Shown here: piece after piece, positions 19,796-29,623 of the stretch | Layout of the letters: each line of letters begins with the position of its first letter | Numbering within the stretch: the first letter of the stretch is position 1 | Assembly (NCBI GenBank): GCA_963799175.1 | Contig: CAWCWC010000004.1 | Span: 192-64,191 of the forward strand | Direction: 5' to 3' | Origin: an uncultured Acidobacteriaceae bacterium | GTDB taxonomy: Bacteria > Acidobacteriota > Terriglobia > Terriglobales > Acidobacteriaceae | Length of the DNA: 64,000 bases | Program-made: the position numbers and the translations under genes | Notes under the pieces: model-generated | Database searches by the model: none | Told to the model about the DNA's origin: nothing | What the model saw: the letters and a program-made list of their open reading frames with translations, nothing else

Positions 19796-19890
19796 ATCCG
19801 CCAGATGCTCTACACTGCGTCTAGGCGACTGCCATCGTGGCGGCTCGCATCCAACGGATCATCGCTTTGCCAGCTCCAGGAGACAGTCCC

Positions 19891-20265
19891 ATGCTGACCC
19901 CACGGAACCTTACCCTCAACCTCCCTGCCCTTGCTCCTCTCCCTTGCCCAGCCTCTGAGGAAGGACCCAGCCTCTTTCCGCCGCTCGCCTGCGAGCACAG
20001 CCTCGCCTCCCCCATCGAAGATGAGGAAGAGGACGAAGACGAACTTGAGGAAGACGAAGACCATCTCGACGACGAAGAGGAAGACGAAGAGGAAGACGAC
20101 TTCGACGACGAAGAGGACGGCGAAGATGAAAAAATCATCGACGAGAGCGACGAGGACGAAGAGGAGGAGGACGACGAGGAGGATGAAGACGAGGACGACC
20201 CAGACTCCGCGACTTTCTTCCTGCAACCCTCCCATTCCATCCCCAGCAACCGATACTTCCAGTAA
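19891..20265 (+). CDS. hypothetical protein with a long Asp/Glu tract
   Basis: Open frame with a near-continuous D/E run (about 20017-20200) encoded by mixed GAA/GAG/GAC/GAT codons. Start uncertain (19837 or 19891). Confidence 0.55.
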   Translation: MLTPRNLTLNLPALAPLPCPASEEGPSLFPPLACEHSLASPIEDEEEDEDELEEDEDHLDDEEEDEEEDDFDDEEDGEDEKIIDESDEDEEEEDDEEDEDEDDPDSATFFLQPSHSIPSNRYFQ

Positions 20266-20399
20266 CGCTCCCCGCGCTCCATCGCACACGTCCGGGCCAA
20301 CCCTTCAGTCATGTCTTGCATAAGCCGCCGCCAGGAGGCACTATGGTGCGTGCCTGTTGTGCCCCCGACAGCTTCGTACTCCCCGAAACGAGGTCTCCC

Positions 20400-20951
20400 A
20401 TGAAGCGCAGGATACTGCTTGTAGACGACGAAGTGGCCGTACTGCTCACCCTCAAGGCGGTGCTCGAAATCAGCGGATACGAGGTGGATACCGCCGCCTC
20501 GGGCCGCGAGGGCCGTAGCAAGCTGCGTTCCCATCAGTACCACATGGTCATCACCGACATGCGCATGGAGAGCGATGCCGCGGGCGCCGAGGTCATCGCC
20601 GCGGCCCGTTCGGCCCGCTATCACCCGGCCATCGCCCTGCTCACAGCTTTTCCCATCGCGGACGAAGACTGGCAGGCCCTCGGTGCCGGCAAGATGTTGG
20701 TCAAACCCATGCACACGCAGGTCCTTCTACAGCAGATAGAGAAGCTGTTGGCCTCCCATCAGGCATCCCTGAGCATCCGCAGTGTCCCGCCGCCCAAGGC
20801 GGCACAGGCTAACAAAGCCGCTAAGCCAGCCGTAATCAGGCCAGCCGGCAAACTTGGTGCAAGCAAGCCGGTTGCTAGGAAATCCCGCGCGAAGAAGGTT
20901 GCGGCAAGGAAACCCACGGCCGGGCCGGCTGTCAAAGCCGCGATGCCGTAG
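20400..20951 (+). CDS. receiver-domain response regulator with a Lys/Ala-rich tail
   Basis: ILLVDDE, VITDMRM, LLTAF and LVKP, followed by a basic low-complexity C-terminus. Confidence 0.88.
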   Translation: MKRRILLVDDEVAVLLTLKAVLEISGYEVDTAASGREGRSKLRSHQYHMVITDMRMESDAAGAEVIAAARSARYHPAIALLTAFPIADEDWQALGAGKMLVKPMHTQVLLQQIEKLLASHQASLSIRSVPPPKAAQANKAAKPAVIRPAGKLGASKPVARKSRAKKVAARKPTAGPAVKAAMP

Positions 20952-20963
20952 GCAGGTGTGTCT

Positions 20964-21221
20964 TTAGCGCGGCGAGTGGGCCTTGATGTACGTGCGCAGC
21001 GCAAGATTGAGCTCCAGTGCCCTGCGCACCCCGTTTTCCATCATCTGCAGCCATTCGCTCCCCGGCTCCTTCAGATCGACCGTACCCAACAGGTAGTTGG
21101 TCTGTACCACGATCTCCAGAGCATTGGACATATCGTGGGAGAGTTTGCGTATCTCCAGAGCAATTTCTTCGGGGATCTCGCAAGGTCCAGGCTGCGGCGC
21201 AGGCTGCATATTTTCGTTCAT
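20964..21221 (-). CDS. small stand-alone HisKA-like protein
   Basis: 85 aa with IRKLSHDMSNALEIV, resembling an H-box helix. No ATPase domain. Confidence 0.6.
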   Translation of the reverse strand: MNENMQPAPQPGPCEIPEEIALEIRKLSHDMSNALEIVVQTNYLLGTVDLKEPGSEWLQMMENGVRRALELNLALRTYIKAHSPR

Positions 21222-21375
21222 AATCGGGCGAAGATGCCTCCCGGCAGATGAGTTTGTCTGAAGCCGTTCCAGTGTATGCGAACTGCCGCGCAATTGACAG
21301 CAGACCCCGCGTTTGAAAGACTGAACTCTCACGACTGCCGTGTCCGGCCGCAGGGTTCGCGACATGTACGACCGT

Positions 21376-21462
21376 GCCGAAGTGGCGGAATTGGCAGACG
21401 CGCATGGTTCAGGTCCATGTACTCGCAAGGGTGTGGGGGTTCGAGTCCCCCCTTCGGCACCA
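21376..21462 (+). tRNA. tRNA-Leu(CAG)
   Basis: GCCGAAG acceptor stem with CTTCGGC-ACCA end, anticodon arm CATGG-TTCAGGT-CCATG, long variable arm and GGTTCGAGTCC T-arm. Confidence 0.97.
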
Positions 21463-21480
21463 ATTTTCTCAACATAACGT

Positions 21481-23001
21481 ATGTCTACACAGCTTGAGCA
21501 AATCCTCGCGCATACGCTGCACGATCTCACGACTCGCCGCGCCGCAGTCGATACCGCGCTTCTACACCGCAACGCCGCCGTCCACACTCCACGCGGCTTC
21601 GAAACTTGCCTGCGCAAGGCCGCCGAATCCGGACCAGCCATCATCGCCGAGCTGAAAAAGGCTTCGCCCTCGCGTGGCCTCATTCGCCCGAACTTTGACC
21701 CCGCGGCTTTGGCCTGTTCGCTCCAGGCAGCAGGAGCTGCCGCGCTCTCTGTACTCACCGACGAAAGATTCTTTCAGGGCTCGCTCGCCAATCTCACCCT
21801 GGCTTCGCAAGCTGTCTCCATTCCATGCTTGCGCAAGGACTTCATCCTCGATTCCTTCCAGATTCTCGAAGCGCGCGCAGCCGGCGCCGACGCCATTCTG
21901 CTTATCGTCGCTGCACTCACCGACGACAGCCTGAGGCTCCTGTACGACGAGGCCCGCCGCATGGATCTCGACGTCCTCTGCGAGGTACACGACCGCGCCG
22001 AGCTGGCCCGCGCCGCCGCCCTCGGCTTCACCCTCATCGGCGTCAACAGCCGCAACCTGCATACCATGCAGGTAGAGCCGCAGACCCAGTTCGATCTCGC
22101 CCCATGGCTTCCACACAACGCCGTTCATGTCGCCGAAAGCGGAATCCATAACCCCGAGGACATCGCTCAGTTGCGCAGCGTGGGATACCACGCCTTCCTG
22201 GTCGGCGAGTCGCTGATGCGCCAGACCGACCCTGCCGCCGCGCTCGCCGCCTTGCTCGGGCGAGTCACCGTTTCCGACGATGAGGCAAATGCCATGTGGG
22301 TGAAGATCTGCGGCAACACAAACCTCGAAGACGCACAACTCGCCGCCCGGCTTGGCGCGGATGCCGTCGGCTTCGTATTTGCTCCTAGCCCGCGTCAGGT
22401 CACGGCCTCGCAGGTCGCCGCAATCACCCACCATCTTCCGCCTCACGTCGAGCGCATCGGCGTCTTCCACTCGCACGACGCAGCGCAGATTGAATCTATC
22501 GCACGCACGGCTGGCCTCACGGCAGTTCAACTTCACGGAGGACTCGATGAGTCGTCACCCCGGCAGCTCGCGGAACGGTTCGCCGGCAGCGTACAAATCA
22601 TCCAGACCCTGAACTGGACAGTCGGCGCGCCGCCGCCCCACGCGCCAGCCAGCCCCGCAACAGATTCGCCTGCCGCTCTGCTAGCAACTCAGATCGCGCG
22701 CATAGCCAGTCTGGGACTGACCGACCGCATCCTGATCGACTCCAAGGTAGGCGCGGCCACGGGAGGAACGGGAGTGGCCTTCGACTGGGATGCTGCGAGG
22801 TCACTCTTCGCCTCTGCGCCCAGCGGCGTGCATCTGATAGTCGCCGGAGGCCTCAATCCGCGGAATGTAGCCCATGCTATCGCACAGCTCAGACCATGGG
22901 GTGTTGATGTTTCCAGTGGGGTTGAAGCCTCGCCTGGCCGCAAAGACCCCGAACTTCTGGCACGCTTCATCGAAAACGCGCGCTCTGCCGCTTCCCCTTG
23001 A
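21481..23001 (+). CDS. trpCF: indole-3-glycerol phosphate synthase (TrpC) in one ORF with phosphoribosylanthranilate isomerase (TrpF; internal ATG 22294)
   Basis: IAELKKASPSRG, SVLTD, LRKDFI, GVNSRNL, AESGI and LVGESLM, then MWVKICG, VQLHG, VAGGL and GVDVSSGVE. Confidence 0.85.
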   Translation: MSTQLEQILAHTLHDLTTRRAAVDTALLHRNAAVHTPRGFETCLRKAAESGPAIIAELKKASPSRGLIRPNFDPAALACSLQAAGAAALSVLTDERFFQGSLANLTLASQAVSIPCLRKDFILDSFQILEARAAGADAILLIVAALTDDSLRLLYDEARRMDLDVLCEVHDRAELARAAALGFTLIGVNSRNLHTMQVEPQTQFDLAPWLPHNAVHVAESGIHNPEDIAQLRSVGYHAFLVGESLMRQTDPAAALAALLGRVTVSDDEANAMWVKICGNTNLEDAQLAARLGADAVGFVFAPSPRQVTASQVAAITHHLPPHVERIGVFHSHDAAQIESIARTAGLTAVQLHGGLDESSPRQLAERFAGSVQIIQTLNWTVGAPPPHAPASPATDSPAALLATQIARIASLGLTDRILIDSKVGAATGGTGVAFDWDAARSLFASAPSGVHLIVAGGLNPRNVAHAIAQLRPWGVDVSSGVEASPGRKDPELLARFIENARSAASP

Positions 23002-23201
23002 TTCGTGCTTTGGCTCTCCCCGGAAACCTCTTCTCTCCGGCGGGACTCTAGCAACGATTTTTCATTTGCTGCGTCTAACGCAGTAACGGCAACCGCGTGC
23101 CACCGCGGCTGGTTAGGGACGGGTATACTCGAATCCGACAGCTCCGCCGCGTAGCCAACGCAATCGGGCAACGCCCAAAACTCATGAGGACCGACCAGAC
23201 A

Positions 23202-24866
23202 ATGGACACTCAGAAGCAACCTGAAAACAATCTTTTTGCACGTATCCGCAACCACCGCCTCAGCGCCACCTTCGCGCTGCTGGGGGTGCTTTCGGCCGGA
23301 ATCCTCGCCGGCTCCGTGTTGACCCGCTCGGTCAGCGCCAAGGATCAGGCCATCGATTCCTCCGACGCACGCCCGCTGGTCATTCCCAGTCCGGTGGAAC
23401 TCTCCAACGCATTCTCCAAAATCGCCAAACAGGTCGGTCCAGCGGTGGTCAACATCAACACCGAGTCCATTCCCAAGCAGTCCACCAACCGCCGCCCCGG
23501 CCGTCGCGGCCAGGTCATTCCTTTCGGCGGCAATCAGGGCGACCAGGGAGATCAGGGCGACCAAGGCGATATGCAGGACTTTTTCAACCGCTTCTTCGGC
23601 GGCCAGGGTGGTGATGACGGCTCCAACAACTTCGGCGGCGGCAAGCGCGAGGCGCTCGGCACAGGCTTCATCGTCGATTCGCGCGGTTACATTATCACCA
23701 ACAACCACGTCGTCGATAAGGCCGACAAAATCTACGTCAAGCTCTCCACCGACCCGGAAAACTCCACCGACAAGGGACGTCTCGCCCGCGTCGTCGGCGT
23801 AGATCCTGCGACCGATATAGCTGTGATCAAGATCGATGCGCCAAGCCCGCTGCCCACCGTCAAGCTGGGCAACTCTGACGGAGCGCAGGTAGGCGACTGG
23901 GTGCTGGCCATTGGCGAACCCTTCGGACTCTCTCAGACCGTCTCCGCCGGCATCGTCTCCGCCAAGGACCGTGCCATCGACGACAATCCCGATAAGCCCA
24001 ACCAGTTCCAGAGGTTCATCCAGACCGACGCCGCCATCAATCCCGGCAACTCCGGTGGCCCGCTGGTGGATATGGCGGGTGAGGTCATCGGCATGAACAC
24101 CGCCATCTACACCCAGTCTTCCGGCTCCGAGGGCGTTGGCTTCGCCATGCCCGCTAACACCATCATTAGCGTCTACAACATGCTCATCAGCCCCGACCAT
24201 AAAGTCACGCGCGGCTCCATCGGCATCCAGTTCCAGAGCAACCTTCCCTCTGCGGTCAGCCGGGAGTACGGCGCCGCCAACGGGGGAGTCCTGGTCGGCG
24301 ATGTAACTCCCGGAAAGGGTGCAGCCAAGGCCGGAATTCAGCCCGACGATGTGATCGTCTCCATCGACGGCAAGCCTATCAAGGATGGAGACCAACTGGT
24401 TGCCGACATCTCCTCGCGCAAGGTGGGGTCCACCGTCCAGCTAGGTTATCTGCGCGACGGCAAACAGCACACCGCCACCGTCAGTATTGGCGATCGTAAC
24501 GAGCTCGAATCCGACATCAGCGGCCCAGGCAGCCAGAACGCCTCGCCGTCCAGCTCCGATGCAAGCGAGAGCAAGCTCGGCATCTCGATCGACACTGTCC
24601 CCGCTCAGTTATCCAGCAAGCTCGGTATCCACGGCGGAGTCATCGTCACAAGCGTCCACCCTGGCTCCTTCGCAGACGATATCAATATCACCCCAGGAAC
24701 CGTCATCCTTGAAATCAACAGGAAGCCGATCTCCGACAAGGCCGATTTCAATTCCATCGTCAACGGACTCAAGTCCGGCCAGGACGTGGCCTTAAAGGTG
24801 CGCTTTTCCGACGGAGCGAATACCGCCGCTGCTGGAGATTCGCTCGTCGGAGGGACGCTTCCCTAA
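23202..24866 (+). CDS. degP: DegP/HtrA serine protease with two PDZ domains
   Basis: ITNNHVV, TDIAVIK and QTDAAINPGNSGGPL. Start is between 23184 and 23202. Confidence 0.92.
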   Translation: MDTQKQPENNLFARIRNHRLSATFALLGVLSAGILAGSVLTRSVSAKDQAIDSSDARPLVIPSPVELSNAFSKIAKQVGPAVVNINTESIPKQSTNRRPGRRGQVIPFGGNQGDQGDQGDQGDMQDFFNRFFGGQGGDDGSNNFGGGKREALGTGFIVDSRGYIITNNHVVDKADKIYVKLSTDPENSTDKGRLARVVGVDPATDIAVIKIDAPSPLPTVKLGNSDGAQVGDWVLAIGEPFGLSQTVSAGIVSAKDRAIDDNPDKPNQFQRFIQTDAAINPGNSGGPLVDMAGEVIGMNTAIYTQSSGSEGVGFAMPANTIISVYNMLISPDHKVTRGSIGIQFQSNLPSAVSREYGAANGGVLVGDVTPGKGAAKAGIQPDDVIVSIDGKPIKDGDQLVADISSRKVGSTVQLGYLRDGKQHTATVSIGDRNELESDISGPGSQNASPSSSDASESKLGISIDTVPAQLSSKLGIHGGVIVTSVHPGSFADDINITPGTVILEINRKPISDKADFNSIVNGLKSGQDVALKVRFSDGANTAAAGDSLVGGTLP

Positions 24867-24877
24867 CCCATCAGCCA

Positions 24878-24912
24878 GGCAGAAGCGCGGTTCACCCAAC
24901 CACGCTTCTGCC
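24878..24912 (+). terminator. stem-loop after degP, probable terminator
   Basis: GGCAGAAGCG-CGGTT-CACCC-AACC-ACGCTTCTGCC. There is no clear U-tract. Confidence 0.55.
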
Positions 24913-25054
24913 CCGTATCAATCTGGAAACCCCCGCTTAGATGCTGAAGCCTCCATTCGTGTTGCCAAACCATGTTCTCTACGTATACTCTTGCTTTGGT
25001 AACTAGAGTTCTGCATGGTTTCATGAGTCATATTGCTTGAGGTCATTCTGTATC

Positions 25055-25465
25055 ATGCGTTTGGGTCACTTGCTTCTGTTGTCGTCACTCCTGATAGGTT
25101 CCACAGTGCCCGCTGTCGCTCTGACCCGAGCGCACCGCGGACCCACATCACCCAGAATAGGCAAACGCTCCAAGTCCCGGCTACAGAGTCAAAAAACCAT
25201 CGACGATGAGCGCGCCACCCAGATCCAGAGCGCCCTTATCCGCGCAGGCTATCTCACCGGCGAACCCAGCGGCCACTGGGACGCCCAGACCCAGGCCGCG
25301 ATGGAGAAGCTCCAGGCCGCCAACGGCTGGCAAACCAAGCTCGTGCCGGATTCCCGCGCGCTTATCAAGTTAGGCCTGGGACCCAGCACAGCCCCGGTCA
25401 ACTCGATTGCCAATCAATCACCACCCCTCGCCTCAAATCAGTCCAGCCCACTGCCTCGGCAATAG
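25055..25465 (+). CDS. secreted peptidoglycan-binding-domain protein
   Basis: Signal peptide, then QIQSALIRAGYLTGEPSGHWDAQTQAAMEKLQAANG (PG_binding_1-like). Confidence 0.75.
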   Translation: MRLGHLLLLSSLLIGSTVPAVALTRAHRGPTSPRIGKRSKSRLQSQKTIDDERATQIQSALIRAGYLTGEPSGHWDAQTQAAMEKLQAANGWQTKLVPDSRALIKLGLGPSTAPVNSIANQSPPLASNQSSPLPRQ

Positions 25466-25470
25466 ATGTT

Positions 25471-26379
25471 CTAGGCCACCATCCGCCCTTCAACCTGTTT
25501 CGTCTTTGCCGTCGCGCCCTTCGCTCTCGTCGTGTAGTCCGTGCATAGCCCAGCCAGCGCAGCTCGCAGCCGCAATACCGCCGAAGAGTGTATCTGCGAG
25601 ACGCGCGACTCCACCACTCCCAGCGTCAACCCAATCTCCTTCATGGTCAGCTCTTCGTAGTAGTAGAGAGTCAGCACCATTCGCTCCTTTTCTGGCAATC
25701 CTTCGATGGCGTCCGTCAGCAGTTGTTTCATCTCGCCTTGCAGACAGCGAAACAGAGGGCCTTCGTCCGGCGACCCAGAAATATATGTGAGCTCCTCGTC
25801 GCCCGAGTCCTCGGTCCGTTCCATGTGCAGGCTACCGATCTCCAGGCCCTTCAACTCACCCAGCAACTGCTGGTACTCGCTCAGGCCCATATCCATCTCG
25901 AGCGCAATCTCCGGCTCCGTCGGCACGCGTCCCATCTTGTGGGTCACCGAGCGGATTGCCTCTTCCACCGCTCTGCCCTTGCGCCGCAGCTCCCGTGGAC
26001 TCCAGTCCAGAGTGCGTAGCGAGTCCAGTATGGCGCCGCGGATGCGGAACTGAGCATAGCTCTTGAACTGCACATGCTTGCTATGGTCGAACTTGGAATA
26101 CGCATCGATCAGTCCCACCATGCCTGCCGATATCAGATCGTCCAGTTCCACATGCTGGGGAAGCCGTTCGTGGATGCGTCGCGCCAGATAGCGCACCGTG
26201 GGCAGCTGTTCCAGCAGAATCCGGTCGCGCTCCGGCACACTCTCGCTCTCCAGCCCGCTTGCCGGCTTCGCTCCCGCCACCGGGAGAAATGACCCATGGC
26301 CCAGATTACGCGGATCGCCGTATCCGGGGCTTATGCCGCTCCCTTTATCCTGCTGCATCATGAATGTGTGGTTTCCCAT
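25471..26379 (-). CDS. fliA: FliA/WhiG-family sigma-28 factor
   Basis: RLPQHVELDDLISAG, YAQFRIRGAILDSLR, DWSPRELR and LYYYEELTMKEIGLTLGVVESRVSQIH. Confidence 0.93.
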   Translation of the reverse strand: MGNHTFMMQQDKGSGISPGYGDPRNLGHGSFLPVAGAKPASGLESESVPERDRILLEQLPTVRYLARRIHERLPQHVELDDLISAGMVGLIDAYSKFDHSKHVQFKSYAQFRIRGAILDSLRTLDWSPRELRRKGRAVEEAIRSVTHKMGRVPTEPEIALEMDMGLSEYQQLLGELKGLEIGSLHMERTEDSGDEELTYISGSPDEGPLFRCLQGEMKQLLTDAIEGLPEKERMVLTLYYYEELTMKEIGLTLGVVESRVSQIHSSAVLRLRAALAGLCTDYTTRAKGATAKTKQVEGRMVA

Positions 26380-26464
26380 GCTCGTCTCGTCTCCAATGCA
26401 GCTCACTCAATCTTCGCGGTCTGGTTTCGCCCGCAATAGATACTGTTACTTTTGATTGGTTAGT

Positions 26465-26480
26465 AGCACGGCTATGGCCA
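26465..26480 (-). promoter_or_regulatory. putative sigma-54 (-24/-12) promoter of fliA
   Basis: Minus strand reads TGGCCATAGCCGTGCT (GG-N10-GC), about 85 nt upstream of the fliA start. Confidence 0.55.
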
Positions 26481-26751
26481 CTGACTGGCCACTTTGGTTA
26501 GCCTTCTCTCAGGCATTCCCATAGTGGGTCGCATCTGCGTGCCACAGACTTCCAGCACGACGCAACAGTCTGCGCATGAGTCACTTATTCGCGCGCAAAT
26601 CCCTCGCGTTGCTCACACCTGGTCGATATAGGCATCGCACGTGTGATGCAGGACACACCTCTTCAACGCAAGAGGTCTCTTGCGCCATCTGTATTCGCCT
26701 GATTTCTTTGAAGCCTCTAATGATCGCGTCGCCTCCGCATCAGAATTTTCT

Positions 26752-27021
26752 TCAACCCCGCGTGACCCGCCGGGTGCGGATCTCCGCCCTCTCCTGCAGA
26801 ATCGCGCGCATCGATTCCACCAACTGCACAATCCGCCTGCACTCGCGCATCCCTGTCTCTGCGGCCTCGCGATAGCCCTCCACGGAATCGTCCAGAATTG
26901 CCATCTCCAGGCGGCACTGCAAGGTCGTCAACGGCTGGCACAGGTCATGCAGTGCGCCGTTCAGTTGTTTCCTCTGTTCTGCGCGAAAGCCCCGCTCTGC
27001 CAGGTTTTCCGGCTCAGACAT
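26752..27021 (-). CDS. small stand-alone HisKA-like protein
   Basis: 89 aa with ALHDLCQPLTTL, an H-box-like motif. Overlaps the end of the upstream response regulator. Confidence 0.7.
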   Translation of the reverse strand: MSEPENLAERGFRAEQRKQLNGALHDLCQPLTTLQCRLEMAILDDSVEGYREAAETGMRECRRIVQLVESMRAILQERAEIRTRRVTRG

Positions 27022-27838
27022 CGGTCATGCACCCCCCCATCGCAATGATCGCCGTCAGCTCCGGCGGCGATGTACCCGCGCCAACCTTGGAGTCGCCATC
27101 GCTATCGTCCGGCGAGTCCAGCAGGTAGCCCTCGCCGCGCACCGTGCGGATCACCGATGGATGACTGCAGCAAGGTCCCTGCGACGCGCCTTGATATCGG
27201 TCCAGCTTCTTGCGTAAATAATTGATGTAAACCTCCACGATGTTGCTGTCTGTCCGTCTCGTTTCGACGGTGGCCGTTCCTCCAGCCAGCGGCATCCTCC
27301 ACACCTCCCGCAGAAGCTCCCCGCGGCTGCACACCCGCTCGCCGCGCCGCCGCATCAGAGATTCCAGCAGGCAGAACTCGGTCGCCGTCAGCTCCACTTC
27401 GCGCCCCGCCTGGGTCACTCTCCGCTGGGCCCGGTCCATCTCCAGATCGCCAAAGTGCAACACCGGGTCCTCGAACTGGCTGCGCCTCCGGCAGAGTGCC
27501 TGCAAGCGCGCGCGCAGTTCGTGAAACGAAAACGGTTTCAGCACAACGTCGTCGGCCCCCAGTTCCAGGCACTTCACCCGCTCTTCCGTCTCAGCCCGTC
27601 CTGTCAACACCAGCACCGAGGTGGAGATAAACTGCTGCTGCATCGCAGCCAGAACTTCCATGCCGTCCATCTGCGGCAGGCCCAAGTCCAGAATCATCAG
27701 CTCCGGATGCACCTTGGCCGCACACGCAAGCGCCGACTCGCCATCCCCCGCCACCGTTACTTCGTGGCCGTCGAGCTTCAACCCTTGTTCCAGAAAATGT
27801 CGCAGCGCAGAATCGTCCTCCACAATCAACACATGCAC
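27014..27838 (-). CDS. OmpR/PhoB-family response regulator
   Basis: VLIVEDD, ILDLGLPQMDG, KPFSFHEL, LTATEF, VEVYINYLRKKL and IRTVRGEGY. Confidence 0.92.
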   Translation of the reverse strand: MHVLIVEDDSALRHFLEQGLKLDGHEVTVAGDGESALACAAKVHPELMILDLGLPQMDGMEVLAAMQQQFISTSVLVLTGRAETEERVKCLELGADDVVLKPFSFHELRARLQALCRRRSQFEDPVLHFGDLEMDRAQRRVTQAGREVELTATEFCLLESLMRRRGERVCSRGELLREVWRMPLAGGTATVETRRTDSNIVEVYINYLRKKLDRYQGASQGPCCSHPSVIRTVRGEGYLLDSPDDSDGDSKVGAGTSPPELTAIIAMGGCMTDV

Positions 27839-28149
27839 AATCAACCGTCCTTCAGGTAAACCCCGCCAGGGACTTTGCAACCCCTTTGAACTCCCTTATC
27901 GGCATCGATCGTCCCTTCCATCTCTCGTTCATGATCCTCCCCCGCCCGCTTCCGCCCTCCTCCACCAGGCGGCATTGTCATACTGCCCGAGGACGAATAT
28001 TATGGCTGTGCTGTTCCTAGCCGGTTCCCCTGCGCGTTGCAGCCTCTCCCATCGACTGCTCGCAAGCTGGCAATACTCGCTTCATCAATCTTTCCTGTAC
28101 AGGCGGTCTACGCGTTGACTTCACGAACGGCTGCCGGAGCCAATACCCG

Positions 28150-29520
28150 ATGTCATCCAATTCCGCCAGCGTAGCCGAGGGCAGCATCACCGCCTCCGCC
28201 CCGCAGAGCACCAACATCCGTTGGTTTGTCTGCGCCCTGCTCTTCGCCGCAACCACCATCAACTACATGGACCGCTCGGTCTTCTCCTTCATCGAGCCCC
28301 TCCTCCATGGCGCGTCGTTTATGGGCTGGAACTTCCATGCCGACCAGTTCCATCAGTCGGTCTTCGACAACAACTACGGAAACGTCATCATCTGGTTCCA
28401 GATCGCGTACGGCGTCGCCTTCCTCCTCGCCGGCCGCATCATCGACAAGCTGGGCACCAAGGTCGGTTATGCATGCGCCATTGGGATCTGGGCGCTTTCC
28501 TCGATGAGTCACTCGCTGGTCGCATCGGTCGCCGGCTTCTGCATCGCCCGCGTATTCCTCGGGATCGGCGAGTCGGGCAACTTCCCTGCCGCCATCAAGG
28601 CCACCACGGAGTGGTTCCCCGTCAAAGAGCGCGGCAAAGCCGTTGGTATCTTCAACTCCGGCACCTGTGCATCCTTCTTCCTGGCACCCAAACTCATCGG
28701 ATTCGCAACCGGCCATTACGGATGGCGCGCCGCCTTCATTGCCACCGGCTCCCTCGGCATGATCTGGCTGATCGTCTGGCTCTGCTTTCCCTACAATCGC
28801 CTTCTCCGCGGCTCGACACAGACCCAGATCAATATCGATGCCGACTTAGCATCACAGACAGCCTACGGCGGCAATATTCCCCTCTCGGTCCTGCTAAAGC
28901 GGCCGGGTACCTACGCCTTTGCCATCGGTAAGGGACTAACCGACGGTGTTTGGTGGTTTTACCTCTTCTATCTGCCGCAAATCCTCAACCGCAATTATGG
29001 TTTAGACCTCAAGCACGCCTACTGGTTCATCGTCACCGTCTATGTTGTGTCCACAGTCGGCTCCATCTTTGGCGGATCGCTCTCCGGATGGCTCATGGGA
29101 CATGGCTACTCGGTCAATAACGGACGCAAGTTCGCCATGCTGTTCATGGCCGTCCTGGTCCTTCCGCTCATGCTTGTCCCGCACATGGGAGCGATCTTTC
29201 CTGCCAACCCATGGCCCGCCACTTTGATCATTGCTCTCGCCGCCGCGGCCCATCAGGGTTGGTCTGCCAACCTCTTCTCTACCCCCGGCGATATGTTTCC
29301 CTCCACAGCCGTCTCCACCATCGTCGGCATCGGCGGCGCTTTCGGCGCGGTTGGCGGAGCTTGCTTTACCTGGATCGTCAAACGCAACCTGTCGCTGCAC
29401 CCGTTGCTTGTATTCTCCGTCGCTGCGTTGGCCTATGTCCTCGCCCTCGCCATCTTCCAGCTCCTGGTGCCCCGTCTCGGTGCCAAGACGCATACCTCCG
29501 GCGAACCCCAGACAGCCTGA
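28150..29520 (+). CDS. MFS transporter, ExuT/hexuronate (ACS) type
   Basis: RWFVCALLFAATTINYMDRS, GIGESGNFPAAIK, EWFPVKERG, WWFYLFYLP and AAHQGWSAN. Confidence 0.88.
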   Translation: MSSNSASVAEGSITASAPQSTNIRWFVCALLFAATTINYMDRSVFSFIEPLLHGASFMGWNFHADQFHQSVFDNNYGNVIIWFQIAYGVAFLLAGRIIDKLGTKVGYACAIGIWALSSMSHSLVASVAGFCIARVFLGIGESGNFPAAIKATTEWFPVKERGKAVGIFNSGTCASFFLAPKLIGFATGHYGWRAAFIATGSLGMIWLIVWLCFPYNRLLRGSTQTQINIDADLASQTAYGGNIPLSVLLKRPGTYAFAIGKGLTDGVWWFYLFYLPQILNRNYGLDLKHAYWFIVTVYVVSTVGSIFGGSLSGWLMGHGYSVNNGRKFAMLFMAVLVLPLMLVPHMGAIFPANPWPATLIIALAAAAHQGWSANLFSTPGDMFPSTAVSTIVGIGGAFGAVGGACFTWIVKRNLSLHPLLVFSVAALAYVLALAIFQLLVPRLGAKTHTSGEPQTA

Positions 29521-29623
29521 GGCTGTACTTGCTTGTTACCGCATCTCCTTTGAGATGTGGGTTCCCCCTGCGCCCGCATGACCCGTCCTGTCTCGCCACC
29601 TGCTAAACTGGCCTATCAAGCCG

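Noticed and set aside
21376-21480. Genomic island or prophage integrated at tRNA-Leu
   Set aside because: No integrase and no duplicated tRNA 3' end are seen, and trpC follows 18 nt downstream.
29540-29563. Hairpin CGCATCTCCTTTGAGATGTGGG as a full family B element
   Set aside because: It lacks the GGGTGCCCC head. It could be a remnant or a terminator, but the evidence is too weak to call.
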